The notes: generated by a model from the letters alone, not told the origin. Counted from the stretch's first letter, positions 38,001 to 53,197 are shown. The stretch is DNA of 64,000 nucleotides from Marsupella aquatica (GCA_973895155.1 OZ316896.1:12876549-12940548); one strand, 5' to 3'. Numbers and translations are program-made.

Positions 38001-41000
38001 GACATGTGAGATATTTACAACTATAAGACTGTCGAAGGTAGAAAGCAAATAGTTCAAAGTAGGCGTACATAAGTAATACCTTAAAGGTTTCAGGTTTTCC
38101 TAACAATTAAAACACAATGCAATCTATGGGTCCTAAGCTCCAACATATCCTCCATCCAAACATTTCAACTCAGATAACATCCCAAAAAGGTAGTCATCTT
38201 AGAGTAAAGCTTTTCACTCTAGATCCATGTAGATTGTCTTTCACACTGTAGGTATAAAACGTTTCTTTCAAGATTGCTTTTACTGCCAGCGGTTAGTTTT
38301 AGCCTCCAAATGCACAAAGAAACGCACAAAGTTGGTCAGATTTATAATTTGGCCTAGTTCTCCTTGGCGTCCATCTCCAATTGGATAAAACCTGGGGTAT
38401 ACCAGGTACTAGTACTACAAACAGCCAAAACAATTTAGCGCCTGCTATAGATTTTATTCTATGAAATATAGATCTGCTTAATTTCTTACGTACATTGCTC
38501 CTAGGGATTTTATTTGGGTTTTTGAGGCTGACTATGACCCATATAAAGAAACATCATTGTTAAGAAGCTCGTGTGATGACTCGGATGGTATGTGCTAAGT
38601 GAGATAAAAGTCCATGGACTGTTGACCATCAATTTCTGTTGATATGGATCAGATTTTTGCACATCTTGAATTGTAGACTTAAACTAGAATTTGGGGCTGG
38701 CTATGTTGAGAACTACATGGTACAAATATTCTTGCTACATCCAAAGAGTAGACAACACCTTCCCACTAGAGTAACAGTAGCAGGTTACACACAATTTAAG
38801 GTCTTCTTATGTACTTCCAATGTGCGCTGTAGTGTACTGTGTGGGAACCATTGGCAAAGAGCCCGTTCATTTTGTACTTGACAAATATCTATATTGGCTG
38901 GGTCAGTTTTTGTTCTTTTTTATGGCCTGTGGGCTTGTGTTCTTTCCTTTGCCTTTTATTAAAAATGGAGGGTTTCCCCCTAGGAAACCTCTGGCCAGTG
39001 TGAATGGCTCTTCTGGTTGTGCAGGGTTTCCCGGCCTTTGCTTCCCCCACCCCCCAACAAAAAATGCAGAAAGGAAAAAAACACAAAAGATAGGCCATCC
39101 CAATAAAGAACGAGCTAAGGTGCCAACCAAACCAAGTAATTTACTGTGAAAGAGCATCTTAATCCCAAAGCTACCAGATACTAGCTCTTCAAAATCAGAG
39201 AGCGAGAGAGCATACTTACTTACTACACTAGAGGTGTACCATTAGCACGTCCACTATTGCAATGGTAGATTTCATTGTCTTATTTTCCCTGTCTCTAGGT
39301 CCTTTAAGTTTGCATTTGCCCTCTTCTTTTGAGCTCAATGTTCATCCTCACCTCTTTTGCTATCATGCCCTGTGTTTTGAGTGGCCCCTTTTAATCAATA
39401 ATTTGGTCTTTTTCCAGCATTGAAGGGATATGTTTTAATGTCATTTAGGTATTTAAGGAGGTTGAACTCAAATGACCAAAACCGATCATTGTGGATATAC
39501 TTCTTTGACAGACCAACACACATAAAACAGTGCCATTTGAACCTGTGCAATTATTATAAAATTTCCCCCAAAAGATTTTTTTTTAATATTCTGCTTGTGA
39601 GCCACAGAGCAAATGAAAAATCTTTTTTTTTGGTCCAAAACTAGGAATAACTATGATTTCAATAAAAAGAGAATAGTAAACAATTGAAAGGCAATGATTG
39701 GAAACACTCACTGAATGACCTTTTTTAGTTGAAAAGGAAGAAAGAATGATTTCTAAAAAAATATATTATTCTCTTGTATTGATAACACAACTCTAACAAA
39801 TTACGAAGATTAAAACAACCTCGCTTGCATTTAACTATGGGTAAGCCCCTTTCACCCTGAGAGATCATCCATAATGTGGAAAACAGGATGCTTAAAGGGA
39901 CTTATCCAATAAATTTGAATGGTGGGTCTTTTTTGCAAAGTTTGCAGTCAAGGGTCCAATTCAAATTGGATCCTTGACTGCCACATTCGCTAGGAATGAT
40001 GAGGACCTCGGTCCGCTTGGGTTAGTTTTAGTCTCTCTTTTTTGGTTTTTAGGGGTTCCCTATTGCTCATTTTTTACTTTTAGTTCCTCTTTCTTGGTGT
40101 TTAGTGGTTCCCTTTTGCTCACTTCTTTTTCGATTGGTTTTGTCCACTTGGGCCCTCTTTTGTTTGTTCATTTGTACTCTGATTGGTCCCTTGTATATAA
40201 AAAGTGTGTCTATTTTTTATTTTTTCTATTCAAATGGGTTCTCTTTGTTCTAATGCATTTTTTGGATAGCGGGATTTTGCTTTCTAAGGTTCCCCCTTTC
40301 CTCTATGTACCGCCTCCTCCCCATTGATAGTGTTGTCTGGTGGCTCCATCTTTTTCTTTTTCTTCTCTCTTGGCGCGCTCCTTTTCTTAGGGGCCTTTAA
40401 TTTGGTTATGTTCTCTCCTCCCTCCCCCTCCCAGGCAGGGTTCTCTGTATTGTTCTGGATCTCATGGTATAAAGTTTCATCCCCTGTAGGAGAGTTCCCT
40501 TAAAAAACATAAAAAATCAAAATAAAATAAATCTTGCATGTAGTAATAGGATATTGATAAGTAACCCAGATTTCCATGGCATATCTTCTTGGGCCAGGGG
40601 CCTCCACTAAATATGTAATTTAGTGATCCTTGTCCCATTTGGCTGTACCTACGTCAATCCAGAAGGGCAGTGTGCATGCACTGTGTTATTTTGATGTTTT
40701 GCTTGAAGAACAAATCACACACAAAGGCCCCTAAACTAAATTTATGACGAGTGAAGATTGAACAATAAAGAGAATGCGCTTTGAAATGACACGAAATTTT
40801 GATCCTTTGCTCACTTCAAGTATGTGAATTCAAATGAAAGTTCTGTATAACAGTCTGCATGGATGTATGTATAAGTGTATATACATCCATCCATGCATAC
40901 GTACACACACCCAGCTCATTTAGAAACATTAAACATAAGATGTCATGAAAGGCTCATTTCCATTGAGGACGCCTTACTATTATTTTAATCTGGAATCTTT

Positions 41001-41542
41001 GTTCTACAAAGGCATTGCAGGACATAAGACATGCAGGTCGACAAGGACAGCCATTCATCTATCAACTCGATAGGGTATTGAATGGTCAATGTAACTGTAT
41101 CACTAAAAAATATTTGAATAGTAAAAAAAGAAAGGAAATATAGATATAAAGTATGTCTTTGAGATCAAGCCAAGAGGCTCTAACGGCATAAAATCTCCCA
41201 ATAATCGAGACTAGATCAGCCAGATGTGAGGGAATCTTGCCATATTGCCGGCAAAATCTACCATGTGAAACTAAAATGAGTTGTGATGACGCAACGTGAG
41301 GATTTTACATGACCATATTTAGAAAGTCCTGGAAACACTGACCGATGACATGAGCCAACATGTGGAATTTGACACAGTGAACATGTCTTAGGAACAGTGG
41401 CAAGACTTTCAAAACCCGGTTATTATCACTACTAAGAAATACCTCAAATATTGGGAATATATTAAACCTCGTGATGGCCAACATGTATTAAAGATGGTGG
41501 CTTATGACATGACTGGAGAAACAGGGCTACAATAGCAACTAA

Positions 41543-41911
41543 GGGCATCTCCAAGGGTTATTGGGTTGGTCTACTATAAGCTATGTTGACCTAACCCAGT
41601 AAGGTTGAAGAAAAAGGCACCCCAATGGGTTACAATAACTCTATTCACTTTTGACCTACTGGGATTTTTGTTACTAGATCTATACATGAGATGCTTTATA
41701 GCCCATTGACTAAATAAAGGATTCATATCTAGGTTCTCCAAGATCTAATGATTAGCATCCAATGGGGCATATGTCAAGAGATACTAAAAAATCCAGTAAC
41801 CAATGGCTTGTTTTTTGACATATCATCCTTGCTATATGTAGTACACTAAAACGACAACCATTCACGCTGTGTTTACTGTATATAGTAAGCAATAGCATGT
41901 GGGAGATGCTC
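41543..41911. mobile_element. Tourist (PIF/Harbinger) MITE with TAA target-site duplication
   Basis: TAA|GGGCATCTCC...GGAGATGCTC|TAA. Confidence 0.85.
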
Positions 41912-44739
41912 TAAGACATACCTAAAAACAACTAAGAAAAATTCCTTGCATGTCTTATTAACAGACCCCCTTACAAGTGTCTTAAAAAACTTCCTGGCCT
42001 ATGGTTGAGCCGGGTCAGTGGTTTCCTCCACAAACACAAATAACAATGTTTGCAGCGACAAACAACCACGGCAGTTTGTGTTCTGGCGACGCCAGCAAAA
42101 GCGACTAGACCAGGGAACTGAAAAACTTTAGAAAGCTGAAAATCAACACACCAAATAACAAAGAGTTGGGACAACAAAGAAAATATGCCTGGACAAAACT
42201 GCAAAATGGTCACAAGAAGAGAATCATGTTGACAGATTTCTTGGATTGCTGATGAGATAAAATGTTGATAATTAAAGGTCATAGTGTGCACTATAAGCCG
42301 ACAGTACTTGAAGTTAGTCAGTTGTTCTTCTAGGGTTTTCATGATATTGTTTCTGTACTATTGGGGTACGTCAACATTCCAAAATGCAATCAAAAGAGAT
42401 ATTTTACGTTGATACCTAGCTTTGGGACCCACTTACTAAATACTCCTAAAGAAAATAGATTTTTCCAAACTTTCCAATGACCCTCATCAAACCAATCAAA
42501 TGGAAGAGATTGAAAGGGAAAAGCAAAAAGAAAAGTGAGATAGGATTGGGGACCAAAAATAAATAAGTGGAATGTTAGGGTGGGCAATGACAAAGAAATT
42601 TGGGGTTGGAAGTTTAGATTCAATAAATATGATGTATATATATTTTCCTCTCATTCAGCCGCTAAGAATGGCTTAACATGACATGATCATTGTCATTATT
42701 TTTAGACCAGGCCTGTTGCATGTCAATCAAATTCATGAGCTTAACTATGAGCTCATCTGGTTGGTTGTTAGAAACATTTAGGTTGAAGTGCCACCATATG
42801 ACATCAGGGCCTGAGTAGTAAGGTACAAAGGAGGTCTGCTCTGTCAATCCATGGTAAGACAAGGGACATGCTTGAGCAAGGAGTGAAAAATGAGCTTCAA
42901 CTATCTTTGTGGGAGAAAATGTATTAGTTTCCTCTCAAGCATTAAAGTAGAGGTCCATAAACTATTTATTGTATGGTGTATTCTCAATTTTTCGAGAGTA
43001 AAAAATGGTGTCCATGCACTAATGGCCCACCTATTTGCCTACATTTTAGTAAATTTTGGGTAGCTAGTCAGATTTGGTCTGTCAATGCAATGTTGTCTTG
43101 GATTGTCTGTAAAGATATATGGTAATTTGACGTTTTGGTTCAAATTGTGTGTGGATTCATGGGCCCTCTACCCTACAATTTTAACAACCCGCCAGAAGTA
43201 CTGCTTTTTCCAAATGTCATAGTGAATGCTCTTGCTTGGACAACTAAAATGATATTAGCCTATTAGTACTGAACACAAGGTGAATAGTGTCACTCCAGAA
43301 TTAATCTTAGTGGTAAGTCTATATGGAGCAACCTCCAAATTAGAGTTGGTAACACTATTTTGAATGGCACATGGTGCCTGCCATTTTTTGCATTTGACTC
43401 CCAAGAATAGGCCGTTCAACAAGCGGCTAGGTTGGAAGGGAGGGGGATAAAAGTTGCACAGCCACTCCATTAAATTTTGGTGCTACTTGTTCAATGTGCT
43501 TTTGACACTTGTATAAATATCGACTGAAAAAACATTGTGGATGAAAACTAGAAAGTAGGGAAGATACAGGATATTTGCTTTGCTTTTCACCCAAATCAAA
43601 GCTTAAGGATTCATTGACTCAATTCGTCAAGCCCTGATTGATTGACGAAAGATTCGTGTTATGGCCCTCATACTGTAATCTAGAACCCACTCCTGGTTGA
43701 CGTCATATTCGTACACAAATTGTCTGCATGGGCCCTAGGATGCTACTTAGCTGAATTTGGACAGGCGTGTCCAGACAAAAACTGAGGTGGGCCTTTTGAT
43801 TTTGCAATTTCCCAAAAGGAAAGACAGTACAATAGGTGGGCTCAAAGCAAACCCATCAGTGTGGCACTAAGTAGTTTAGAAAGAAGTAGCGTCCTAACTT
43901 ATTTCCATTTGCATTTTCCAACATCAATACTTAGAATCAATTCAATAGGATCCATAATGGTTATTTTTGAGTGGCCAAAACTGCGGTAGCCAAATTCCAC
44001 CTCCTCCCAAATCATTGCCAGTTTTGGTTCGCCGCTTTTAGGGTTAGCCATTTTCACACAATACCAGAGGGTCCCATCAGTCACAATTTGACAGTTCTGC
44101 TTAATAGTAAGATCGAATAGGGAAAAAAGAATTTTAACTGGTCAATTTAAAAATCCGGAAGCTCAAGTTCCCTTATAAAGTTGGGGCAACCCGTAGTACT
44201 GTACTTATTTTACAAATTTTATATGTAAAAGAACATATCTTATCTTATTAGATCTATTTTTCTTATGATGGAATTCATTCATTTGCATGAAGAGAAGTCA
44301 TATTTGGGTAAGGACAGGCGACAGTTTATCATTGGCACATGTGTCAGATATTCATAATTAGATTATATTTGTAAGTTTGTCCATGCTAAGGATAGTGTGC
44401 ATATTATGGGTTGGACTAGCTAAGCCAACGGTTTGGGTTTGGGGCAGTGCCTGGGAAGGCGGCAGGCTGGATGGGGTTATGTGGGTATGAGGGGGGGCTA
44501 TGTATCCTAGGTAAGTACCATTTGTTAGCAAAGATATGGCCCCTGCGGCTTGTTCTCAGCCATCTAACAGAGGGAGTGGGAATGGCCACTTTGATGAGGA
44601 GACTACATCGTATAAGTTCCGGTTTGAGCTGTCGGACGTGTTGTCGGACACGACAACTTGTCATTTGTCCGTTCGAAAATGAGACAAATGTTGGATATTC
44701 CTGTATATTCCCCGGCTGGGTCTCGATTTTTCCTGAACC

Positions 44740-45020
44740 CTCCCGGCCGGGTGGAGGGTCGGGCCAGGGAATAGAGGAGTCAAAGAATAGTGGTCGGGGC
44801 TGGGGATGGGTTGGGGCCGGGGGGAGTCGGGCCGGGGAGGGGTAGGGGAGGGGTCGGGGCCAGGTGGAGGGACGGGACCGGGGAGAGGTCGGGGCCGGGG
44901 AGAGGTCGGGGCCGGGGAGAAGGGTCGGGGCCAAGGAGGGAGTCGGGACGGGACGGGGCCTGGGAGAAGGGTCGAGACGGGGTCGGGGTGGCCAGGATTA
45001 GGTTTAGGGGTCGGGTGGTG
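44740..45020 (+). repeat. G-rich GGGTCGGGGCCGGGGA repeat tract (probable hAT subterminal repeats)
   Basis: Repeated motif upstream of a BED finger; a similar shorter tract lies at 36650-36780. Confidence 0.65.
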
Positions 45021-45941
45021 GCTAGTTGACTGGGCTGCGGTGAGTGTTAGGGTTCCAAGGGCTGGGTTTGAGTGGCTTTGGCAAGGGGATAGAAGGGGAC
45101 ACTCTTGATATTTTTTATCATTCTGCAACACTGCAACTGCAATTCTCACGCACCTTGGCTAATGGGGAGAAAAAGTAGAAAGATATGCTTTGGTTCAGAT
45201 TGAAGTTTTAATTTGTTTTAGTGTTGCTTATGCTTCCTTTTTGTGATGGTTTTATAATTCTCATTATGTCTATTATAAAATGGAGGGATATGTTCTAAAA
45301 AAATGGCGGGATATGTAAGAATTCTTGCACACAGGCTTGGAGCCTTGGCTCAGCTTGGGATATTTTGTACAAGAATGTTTTATATTGCCTTAACAACTTG
45401 ACATCATTTTTGTACTAAGTTGAATATTTTTCAGGATAGAGAAACTCATGTGGGTATACTTGGAGCCTTGGCTGGGTATATGATATTTCACACGTGTGTC
45501 ATGATTCCTTTAAAATACTTTCACTTGATAAAGAAATGGTTGTTAAGTTATACATATTCTATAAATTATGACAAAGTAGGGATGTAGGCAAGTATGAGAG
45601 ATCGGGAAACTTTGTTGTGCAATCTTGGAGTTTTGGCTCAGTTGGGATAATTCAACAAAGTATCCTACACTTTTATATTTGTTACAACCAAAAAATTTAA
45701 AAACAAAAATAATAGTCATATATGTCAGGTCCTTGAATTGTTGTGAAATGTGGTTGTTTTTCTTGCATGTATGTGTTATATAATGTTTTGACATGGACAG
45801 CTACACATGGAGCAAATATTTATTTTATAACATTGTTATATTTATTTAAATTCAGGGTGCGTTGGACAAGAGATGATGCTCTCATTCTATTTACGGTAGA
45901 GACTATAGAGTTTCAACTATGTACATACATCTTTATTTAGA

Positions 45942-46400
45942 ATGATGTCTTTGGATGAGGAAGAGTCTAGTGAATCTGGATATCATTCCACTACCCCTAG
46001 GCATGGTCCAAATCATTCTCGGGAGCATAGTGCAAAATTTTCTGTAGTGTGGAAATATTTTGAACAATGTGAAGCGCCGTCAACATGTAATGCTGTCAAC
46101 AATATCGATCTATCCAAAATGCAAGTTTTGCAAAACATATAATAATTTTTATGCAACATGAGCAAAGGCAGATTTGATGGGAAACATCATGAAAGGGGAT
46201 GCGCCACCATGCCTAGGACTCTATGGTCATGTCAACTTGGATGAAATCAATAGAATGTACAACGTCATCAAAGTTTCACCGGCAGTCAAGTGCCAACAAA
46301 GGGATGGAACACATATCTTGCGACATGCAAGAGTTTGTAGGCCAGATTTAATACTTCCAATTCACAAGCATCCACATAAGACTCCAACCATTTTCAAATG
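45942..46400 (+). pseudogene. hAT transposase N-terminal BED zinc finger remnant
   Basis: SVVWKYFEQ ... (frameshift) KCKFCK ... DGTHILRHARVC matches BED SxVWxYF/CxxC/GT..L.RH...C. Confidence 0.65.
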
Positions 46401-47689
46401 AAGGATGAGTCAAATATGACTGCTAGGGCTAGGGCAAGAAGTTTTTCCAACCCAATTATGGATGTTTATCAAATTCCAAATAGAACAAATTTTGACAAGC
46501 TTTGGGCAAATCCCCACATTGCACACAGGCTTCCAAAGTTGCACAGTCACCATTTCAAAATTGTTGGAGTACAATGCCATTAGAGACTTTGGTGTTGACA
46601 ATTCAACTGGAATTTTAGTTTCTCTTCCTTGACATGTGCGGCTATCCTAATGTGTTGCCACTTTGGTTTAAACTAAGGCAAGGCTCATTGCTATAGAAAA
46701 CTTCATCACAACAAGAGCATTTGACGGGGCATTTGAATACTTCACGCCTAGACTCATTGACTCCAAGTAACTCTAGATTAATGACCCTATGATCATTTGC
46801 TTTGATTGAGCCCAACAATAGCCAATATGAATGAATTGTTTACTTCTGATTTTGATTGAATTGGACTCTAAGCAAATAATGGGGATTGCACAAAGATAAA
46901 ATGCTATTGCCTGTTTTATTCCAAATGGGAGAAATGGACAAAGAAGAACAATTTACTCAAAATTGCAAGTAAGGTCCAGAGAGTTTTGGGTATAGAGAGA
47001 GTTAACGAGAATGGTTGGAAATAGTACACCAAAGGGAAACATGTAGATTTTCTTCCAAGTTCAACCTACAAGGAACATTCATCCCTTTGGAGTAAACTTC
47101 TTTGGCCTTGGGCCCAAGAGGAACTCTCACTCAAGCCCTCTAAAACTCAAAAAGTTTGTTTGGGGTCCAAACGCCCCCCCCCCCCTTAGCTTGGCCCTTC
47201 CTAGGACCCGACTGGCTCCCAATGTAAGTCTAAGTTCTTTGTGTGCACCACTAGCTTAGCGCATTGCCTTAATTTGTTAGTGCAATGCTTCATTGCCCAC
47301 AAGTTGCCCCATTCGTAGTCCCCATCGGATAGCCGTTCCGGAGGCTTGGACCTTAGAGGAGCTCGGTGTTGGAGTCAGCGACGCCGGAGCTAAGTGGTCT
47401 GGTAGTTGAGTTCCACAATTCACCTTCACTTTGATGTTGCTATTGCAAATAGACCTATCTAGCTCTTGACCGAACAACTCTTACATACTAGTCCTTAGGA
47501 GCCACTTGATTGACAATATTGGAGCAAGATACATGAGTTTAAGAACTTCATGCAACAAGAAAAATCAATACATTTGACGATATGGTTAACGGTGACCTTG
47601 GATGGAAGACTATTGAACATATCGAAGGTGCAACTAGACCGACCAGAAGCAATGTTCTAAGGATGCTAACACTGGTCATGGAGCTGATA

Positions 47690-48400
47690 CACACCTCCAA
47701 AGGGCACACTGAAGAGAATTTGAACAACACCAAAGGGTGGACATGGAGTTGGACCAATGGGGAGAAAGCATAATGGAATCTCTAGACTCAAACTTGGGCC
47801 TCGATGTTGCATCAACACAATCCCCATAGAGAAACTCAATCGAAGGTGGATTCCTTGGATCCTCAGGAGGTCAAAAGACGTCGTGGATACACTTATGGTT
47901 GGCTGGTCTTCTCGCCATGTCAGATTGGATTTTTGGAAGGTACCCAATGTTGGGCTCTTGTCCAATTTTCATGCTCTCAAGTGGGGATGATGGAGATGGG
48001 AAGTGCTATGTCTGTCAAGAGAACATGGTGACAATTGAACACATGCTTTTTGAGTGCCCAATGGAATCAATGTGAACTCTCTGCTGAGGGAACTGGGTTG
48101 CATGACGCAGCTGGCTGTTCCTTCTTTAGCAAGGTTGACACTACCATTTCGATCGGAAAACATAAACCCTGGAAGCTTCCTACTTCTCATCCACCAGATG
48201 ATCCACAACATCTGGACCCGCATCTAGATTGAGCGATGACATCATTCTTATCATGCAAACGCCAACCAATATCTCTGCAACTCAGTCTTGTTGGGGCCAG
48301 TGTGAATGTTCATGCTATGATGCAACGCACCAAAAGTGCCACCAAGGCACACAGTCTGCAAACTAAGGAGACTTACTGAAATGATGATTGATAAAGTTGT
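47690..48400 (+). mobile_element. Highly decayed L1 LINE zf-RVT remnant
   Basis: KLNRRW and RLDFWKV..GLLSNFHALKWG motifs parallel those in 49840-50391. Confidence 0.5.
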
Positions 48401-49229
48401 AATAAGATATTACAACCCTCCCGATATCATTAGTGATGTATGAAAATTGCATTAGACAATGCAAGCTATATATGCCTCTAGTACTGTCCTGGGGATATGC
48501 CTCTAGTACACAAATTTGAAAGTGGCAAGTCTGGTCTTTATTGGGCACACAACTGGAGGAATCTTCACAATTGGGAATCAAAAGTCTTGTCTTCCCTTCA
48601 CTATACTGCTGACAACACACAGAATTGTGAGTCATTCAAAATTGAAAGCGATAGGTACCCCAATATCAAGGATGATAGGACTGCGCATCCGATTGATTGG
48701 ATTAGCTATTGGACTCACGGTCTTTATGTGCACCGCTGGTTAATCACTCCCGCACCAAGATTAGTTAGTTTTGCCTTTGGGGCCTGTCACTATGTTATCG
48801 CATTGCAGCATTTTGGTGGCTCATGCATTGGTCCATTGGGTTTTTTATGGGGTTTGCCGTTGCCCCTAAAGCCCGTCTTTCTCTTCCTCTACTGGTTCTT
48901 GTTGTGGTGGCCTTTCAAAGTCATCTTGCGCACTGTCACTTTACATTTAAACAAAATTAATTTTTACATACAGATCTAGTAACGTAAACCCCTATCCCTA
49001 AAAACCCAATAACATGAGAGCAAATGGGTTGCAGGTCTCACCTTTTGGAATTTCTTTACTGGGTTTGGTCAACACCCTTGTAGAGCATTCCCATAGTTTC
49101 CCTTCCATGGTTGCGAAAACAAGGTGTGGGTGTTGTTGTGGCTCAGGGTACCTTACCCTTTTCGGATGGAGATGGGAGCCGATACATTTGTCAACATCCA
49201 AGTGGAGGGAGCAAAATCTCTTTAGTTTC

Positions 49230-50855
49230 AGGCCATGTAGGGTGGGTTGTGCATCATGTCTCATTATGGGAGGCGTGTAATGGGCCTCAACTCTGGTCAG
49301 GGCAAGAAGGAGCAAAGAAGGTGGACTGTTACTGAAGCCTTGTTGCAGGGTGATGAGCTAAAGATCCAGGGCTCCCCTACACTGCGGGGTCTGCTTAAGG
49401 GTTGGAACAATGCTTAAGGGCTCGAACAATGCCACCTTCTTTTCAGGTTTGGAGAAGGGAAGCTTCCATCCCATCTCTCTATTGAACAAGTTGTGCTATT
49501 GTACCTGTGCAACCACGGCACAACAAGGTATGGACTTGAGGAGGTTTATGGCTAATCGTAGAATTAAGACACTGCTTGATCTCAGGTCTCAGCTTGGCAG
49601 GTGGATCCTGGAGGATGAGATCTGTTGTCGGACCCGGAGCACTAGGAGGATTGGTAACGAAGCTTTCAGCATTTTCTATAGCAAGCTACAATGTTTTTCG
49701 GAAATTGCCATGGTTGAGCTGCAGGACTGTGCCGGTTGGCAATGGGACTTGGGGGGGGGGGGGAAGAATAGAGGCTGGTCATTCCCCACTAGGACTTGGA
49801 GCCAATGCAACGTAACCATGGAGCTTGATGTCACTAAGCTGAACCGACGTTGGGGACAGGTCAGCTCCTCACAGCATATATTGGCAGCAGCACTGGAAGA
49901 AAATCTGGGGAGGCTGGTCTTTCCCCAAGGTTAGATTTTTTCTGTGGAGACTGTTGAATCATGGATTCTTCACCAATGGTAGGGCTAGTCACTGGGGCAT
50001 TTCGGATGGCCTATGTGCTAAGTGTAAAACTCAATTCGAGCACACGGAGCACATGTTCTTCAGCTGTCCTACTGTTACTGTAAGATGGAGAGAGGTGCAA
50101 CGTCTTCTGCAACGAGCTAAAGATTGGAAGACCTCACAAGGATCTCTGTATGAAGCGGTCATTATTGCTGTGCAGATGCATAAAAGGAAACCTGGCCCGG
50201 TGGTTTTGATTATGGAGATGTGCTCCAGCATTTGGAAAGAACGGAATGACGCTACTTACTCTCAATTTTTGGGTCACCTCCCCGGTTGGGTCATCCTACG
50301 ACAAACTGAAACTCATCTCAGGGCTATGATTGACATCTGCAATTCTGAGAAGAAACGAAGACAATTGTGTAGTGCTATTGACCAACTCTAGGATGTACTT
50401 AAGCCATGAGAGACTGTCGATATGCCGCTTGCCCTTAACACTGATGAAACTGAAGATTGACTGCCAGCTCATCATTGCGAGGGATGCGGGGCGACAGCAG
50501 GGCACTTGGCTCTGCAACCTCGTGGACTTTAAGGAGGGTAGGAGACTGATTTTTAGGAACCTTACTAAGGTTGGCAGTAGGCAGAGGATTTCTTTGGACT
50601 ATTGAGGTAGTATTCAGCCACATCATAGGATCAACCCGAGAAGGGGACACCAGCAGAAGAACCAGACTTTCACCTAGAGACGTGATATGGCCCCGGGCAG
50701 GGGGGGTTTCAGGCCTCCATGGCCGGATTAGGGCTGGTTTGTGGGGTGTGTGTGGTGTTTTGGCTTGGGTGTTGGGCCCTTGGGTGGCTTTCGTCCCCTT
50801 GCGTGATATGGACGGGTCTCTGCGCCCCTTTCCCCCCCAAAAAGAAAGAAAGAAG
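49230..50855 (+). mobile_element. L1-type LINE 3' portion (ORF2 zf-RVT, 3' UTR, A-rich tail)
   Basis: FLWRLLNHGFFTNGRASHWGISDGLCAKCKTQFEHTEHMFFSC...IWKERN. A-rich end AAAAAGAAAGAAAGAAG at ~50840. Confidence 0.8.
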
Positions 50856-52069
50856 GGAGGCGTGTAATTGGTGGTGGCTTGGACACATGTGACTTGTACC
50901 ATCATCTTCCTAGATACGGAAAACTGCTAGATAAGCAAATACGTTATGAAAGAAGTAAGGAAGCTTACAAATGTAGTCTAAATGTACATATAGGGCATTC
51001 CCTTTTGTGTGAATTGTTTTTACTCAAATATAATCAAAACTAGCCAATATTAACCAATTGCCCCAAAACTATTTTAATAACTAGTACATTACCCCTTAAA
51101 TGCCGCAGACCCATCTTGCAACTACTCTAAGCCAAGGAAACTAAGGCATGGTAGTACCATCGTGGGAAGTTGGTTGGAAGTATACCCCGTAACCTAGAGA
51201 TGAGCACCTAGTTGGCCCAATCAAAACGCCCTAAAATACATCCGCAATAGACTTTGGGATCTGATTATGCTATGACTAAATGAAAGTTAGGACATACTTA
51301 GGCAAAACACCCGGACTTGGGAGCCACAACACACCTAGCTAGACCCATTTCTAGGGGCCAGAGCAGTAACAGGGAGTGTAAGCCGGGCCTGAGAACAACT
51401 GCACATAGACTCGTCTGTACCTGAGTAACAGTCATGCGCGTTGGATGCCTGGACCAAGTCCCAAGCATTAAAGGGAGCATAACTTCTGGCCCCAAAATCA
51501 GTTCAAAGCCATGTCTGAGACCTCATTGCAATCAGCATTCTGGCGCCTACGTGCATGTAAGAGGGCAGGTCAAACCAACATTGTTAAGCCCTTCAATCCA
51601 GGGCCAAATTATAGCAGACGGAGTTGGTCCAATGGCTATAGGTCTCCAAAAGCATACATGAGGGGGTACCCTCACTTGGCCATCAAAGAGTTTGCAATGA
51701 AGTTGTCAATCCCCTTTGAGTGGCTACTTGGATTAATAAGCTGGCTACTTGGATTAATAAGCTGGCTACTTGGAGGGACCTTAAGTTGGTAGTCTAAGTG
51801 GAAGCATCGGGAGGTTGGTTGGCCTTGAAAGCTTTTAAGTCATCCTAGGGGGCGGTGATCTTGAGGGGCCTTAGTTCTGCTATGCTCTAAGGAGGGGCCT
51901 ATTGTCAAATCAATATCTAAGCCGTTGGACCTGTATGTGAGTTGCCCAATTTGAAAGCTTGAGTCATAGGATATAAGGCAAAATGGATCCTTGAAAGGAT
52001 GATGGTGCGCAACACCAAAATTGCATAAGACTTAACTTTGCTCATATACAGTAGCAGAACTTGACTACC

Positions 52070-52880
52070 TTGACACTTAGCTCCGGCATTGCTGACTCCA
52101 ATGCCCAGCTCCTCTATGGTCCAAGCCCCCAAAATGGCCATCCAATGGGGACTAAGTATAGGGACACTAGTGGGCGATGAGACATTGCACTAGTGAGGGT
52201 AAGGCGCTAAGCTAGTGACGCACACTACGGACTTTGACTAGATTGGGGCTGGTCGGGTCATGGGCAAGGGCTGGGCTCAGGGTGGACCGTTTGGACCCCC
52301 AAATGAACTTTGAGTTATGAGGGCTTGAGTGAGAGTTCCTCTTGGGCCCAAGGCTAACGAAGCTTACTTCATGCGTAATGGAAGCTTGGCACTTTATGAG
52401 ATATGGCACAGATGACAGGGACCCCCAAGTGACAACCGGTTCTGAGGGCCTTGGCAACGGCACTGGTCCGGCCCAATCACAATGGGCTAAGGCACTCCGC
52501 TTACGGACGTCTAGCTAGAAAGTTATGGACATAGTAAATTAGTGCGTGCCCATGCAGGTGGGTTGGAGTCCAGGTGGGGGGCCAAAATATGGGGACCAAA
52601 GTAGGTCTCCATAAGCATACATGAGGGGAGTGGTGTCTCTCTTGGGGGCCAAGGGCAAGCCCAAGTTGTGAGTCGCGGCGGTTGTGACACCAACTAAAAG
52701 GAGACGCCAAACGAAAATGATGATATATTTTTAATGAGAGGTCTGTTGGGGGACTTCTTGGATGCGTTGGAAATTTCTTGAGAAAGACTATATCCTCCTG
52801 AGTTCATCTTGGTCTTGGGGTACCATGGATTCTTGGGATTTGCGGGGGCTATCTCGTGCGCTTGCCAAAATCTCCCAAAA
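52070..52880 (+). repeat. Dispersed repeat family copy (related to 5106-5560 and 32520-33295)
   Basis: Colinear with the reverse complement of 32520-33295. Confidence 0.75.
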
Positions 52881-52915
52881 TAGCAACCAAGTTGTGTTAG
52901 TCTCCTATGAGAACT

Positions 52916-53197
52916 GGGGGTTCTCATTATATGGATGCCTTGCCATCCCGTGCCACGTTTTTCTGCCTCAGACCCCCCAAAACGTAAGAATTTTTTTCAA
53001 CCTTGTAAAGTTGGAATATTCTTGGAATATTCCAAAATTTTGTTTAGATAGACCCTAATGTTATTATAAGTCTCAAAATTGAATTTAAAAGACCCTATTG
53101 TTCTTCTGCAAAAATTCTTAAGTCTTCCTTTCAAACCAATAAAATGACCCTATCTTTCGTCGCACATGATGTGCCATTTTTGTGGAAGTGAAACCCC
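52916..53197. mobile_element. MITE, GGGG..TCACT family
   Basis: GGGGGTTCTCATT...GAAGTGAAACCCC; colinear with 30246-30488. Confidence 0.75.

Noticed and set aside
44416-45149. Pro/Gly-rich ORFs of 100-172 aa
   Set aside because: Artefacts of the G-rich repeat tract.
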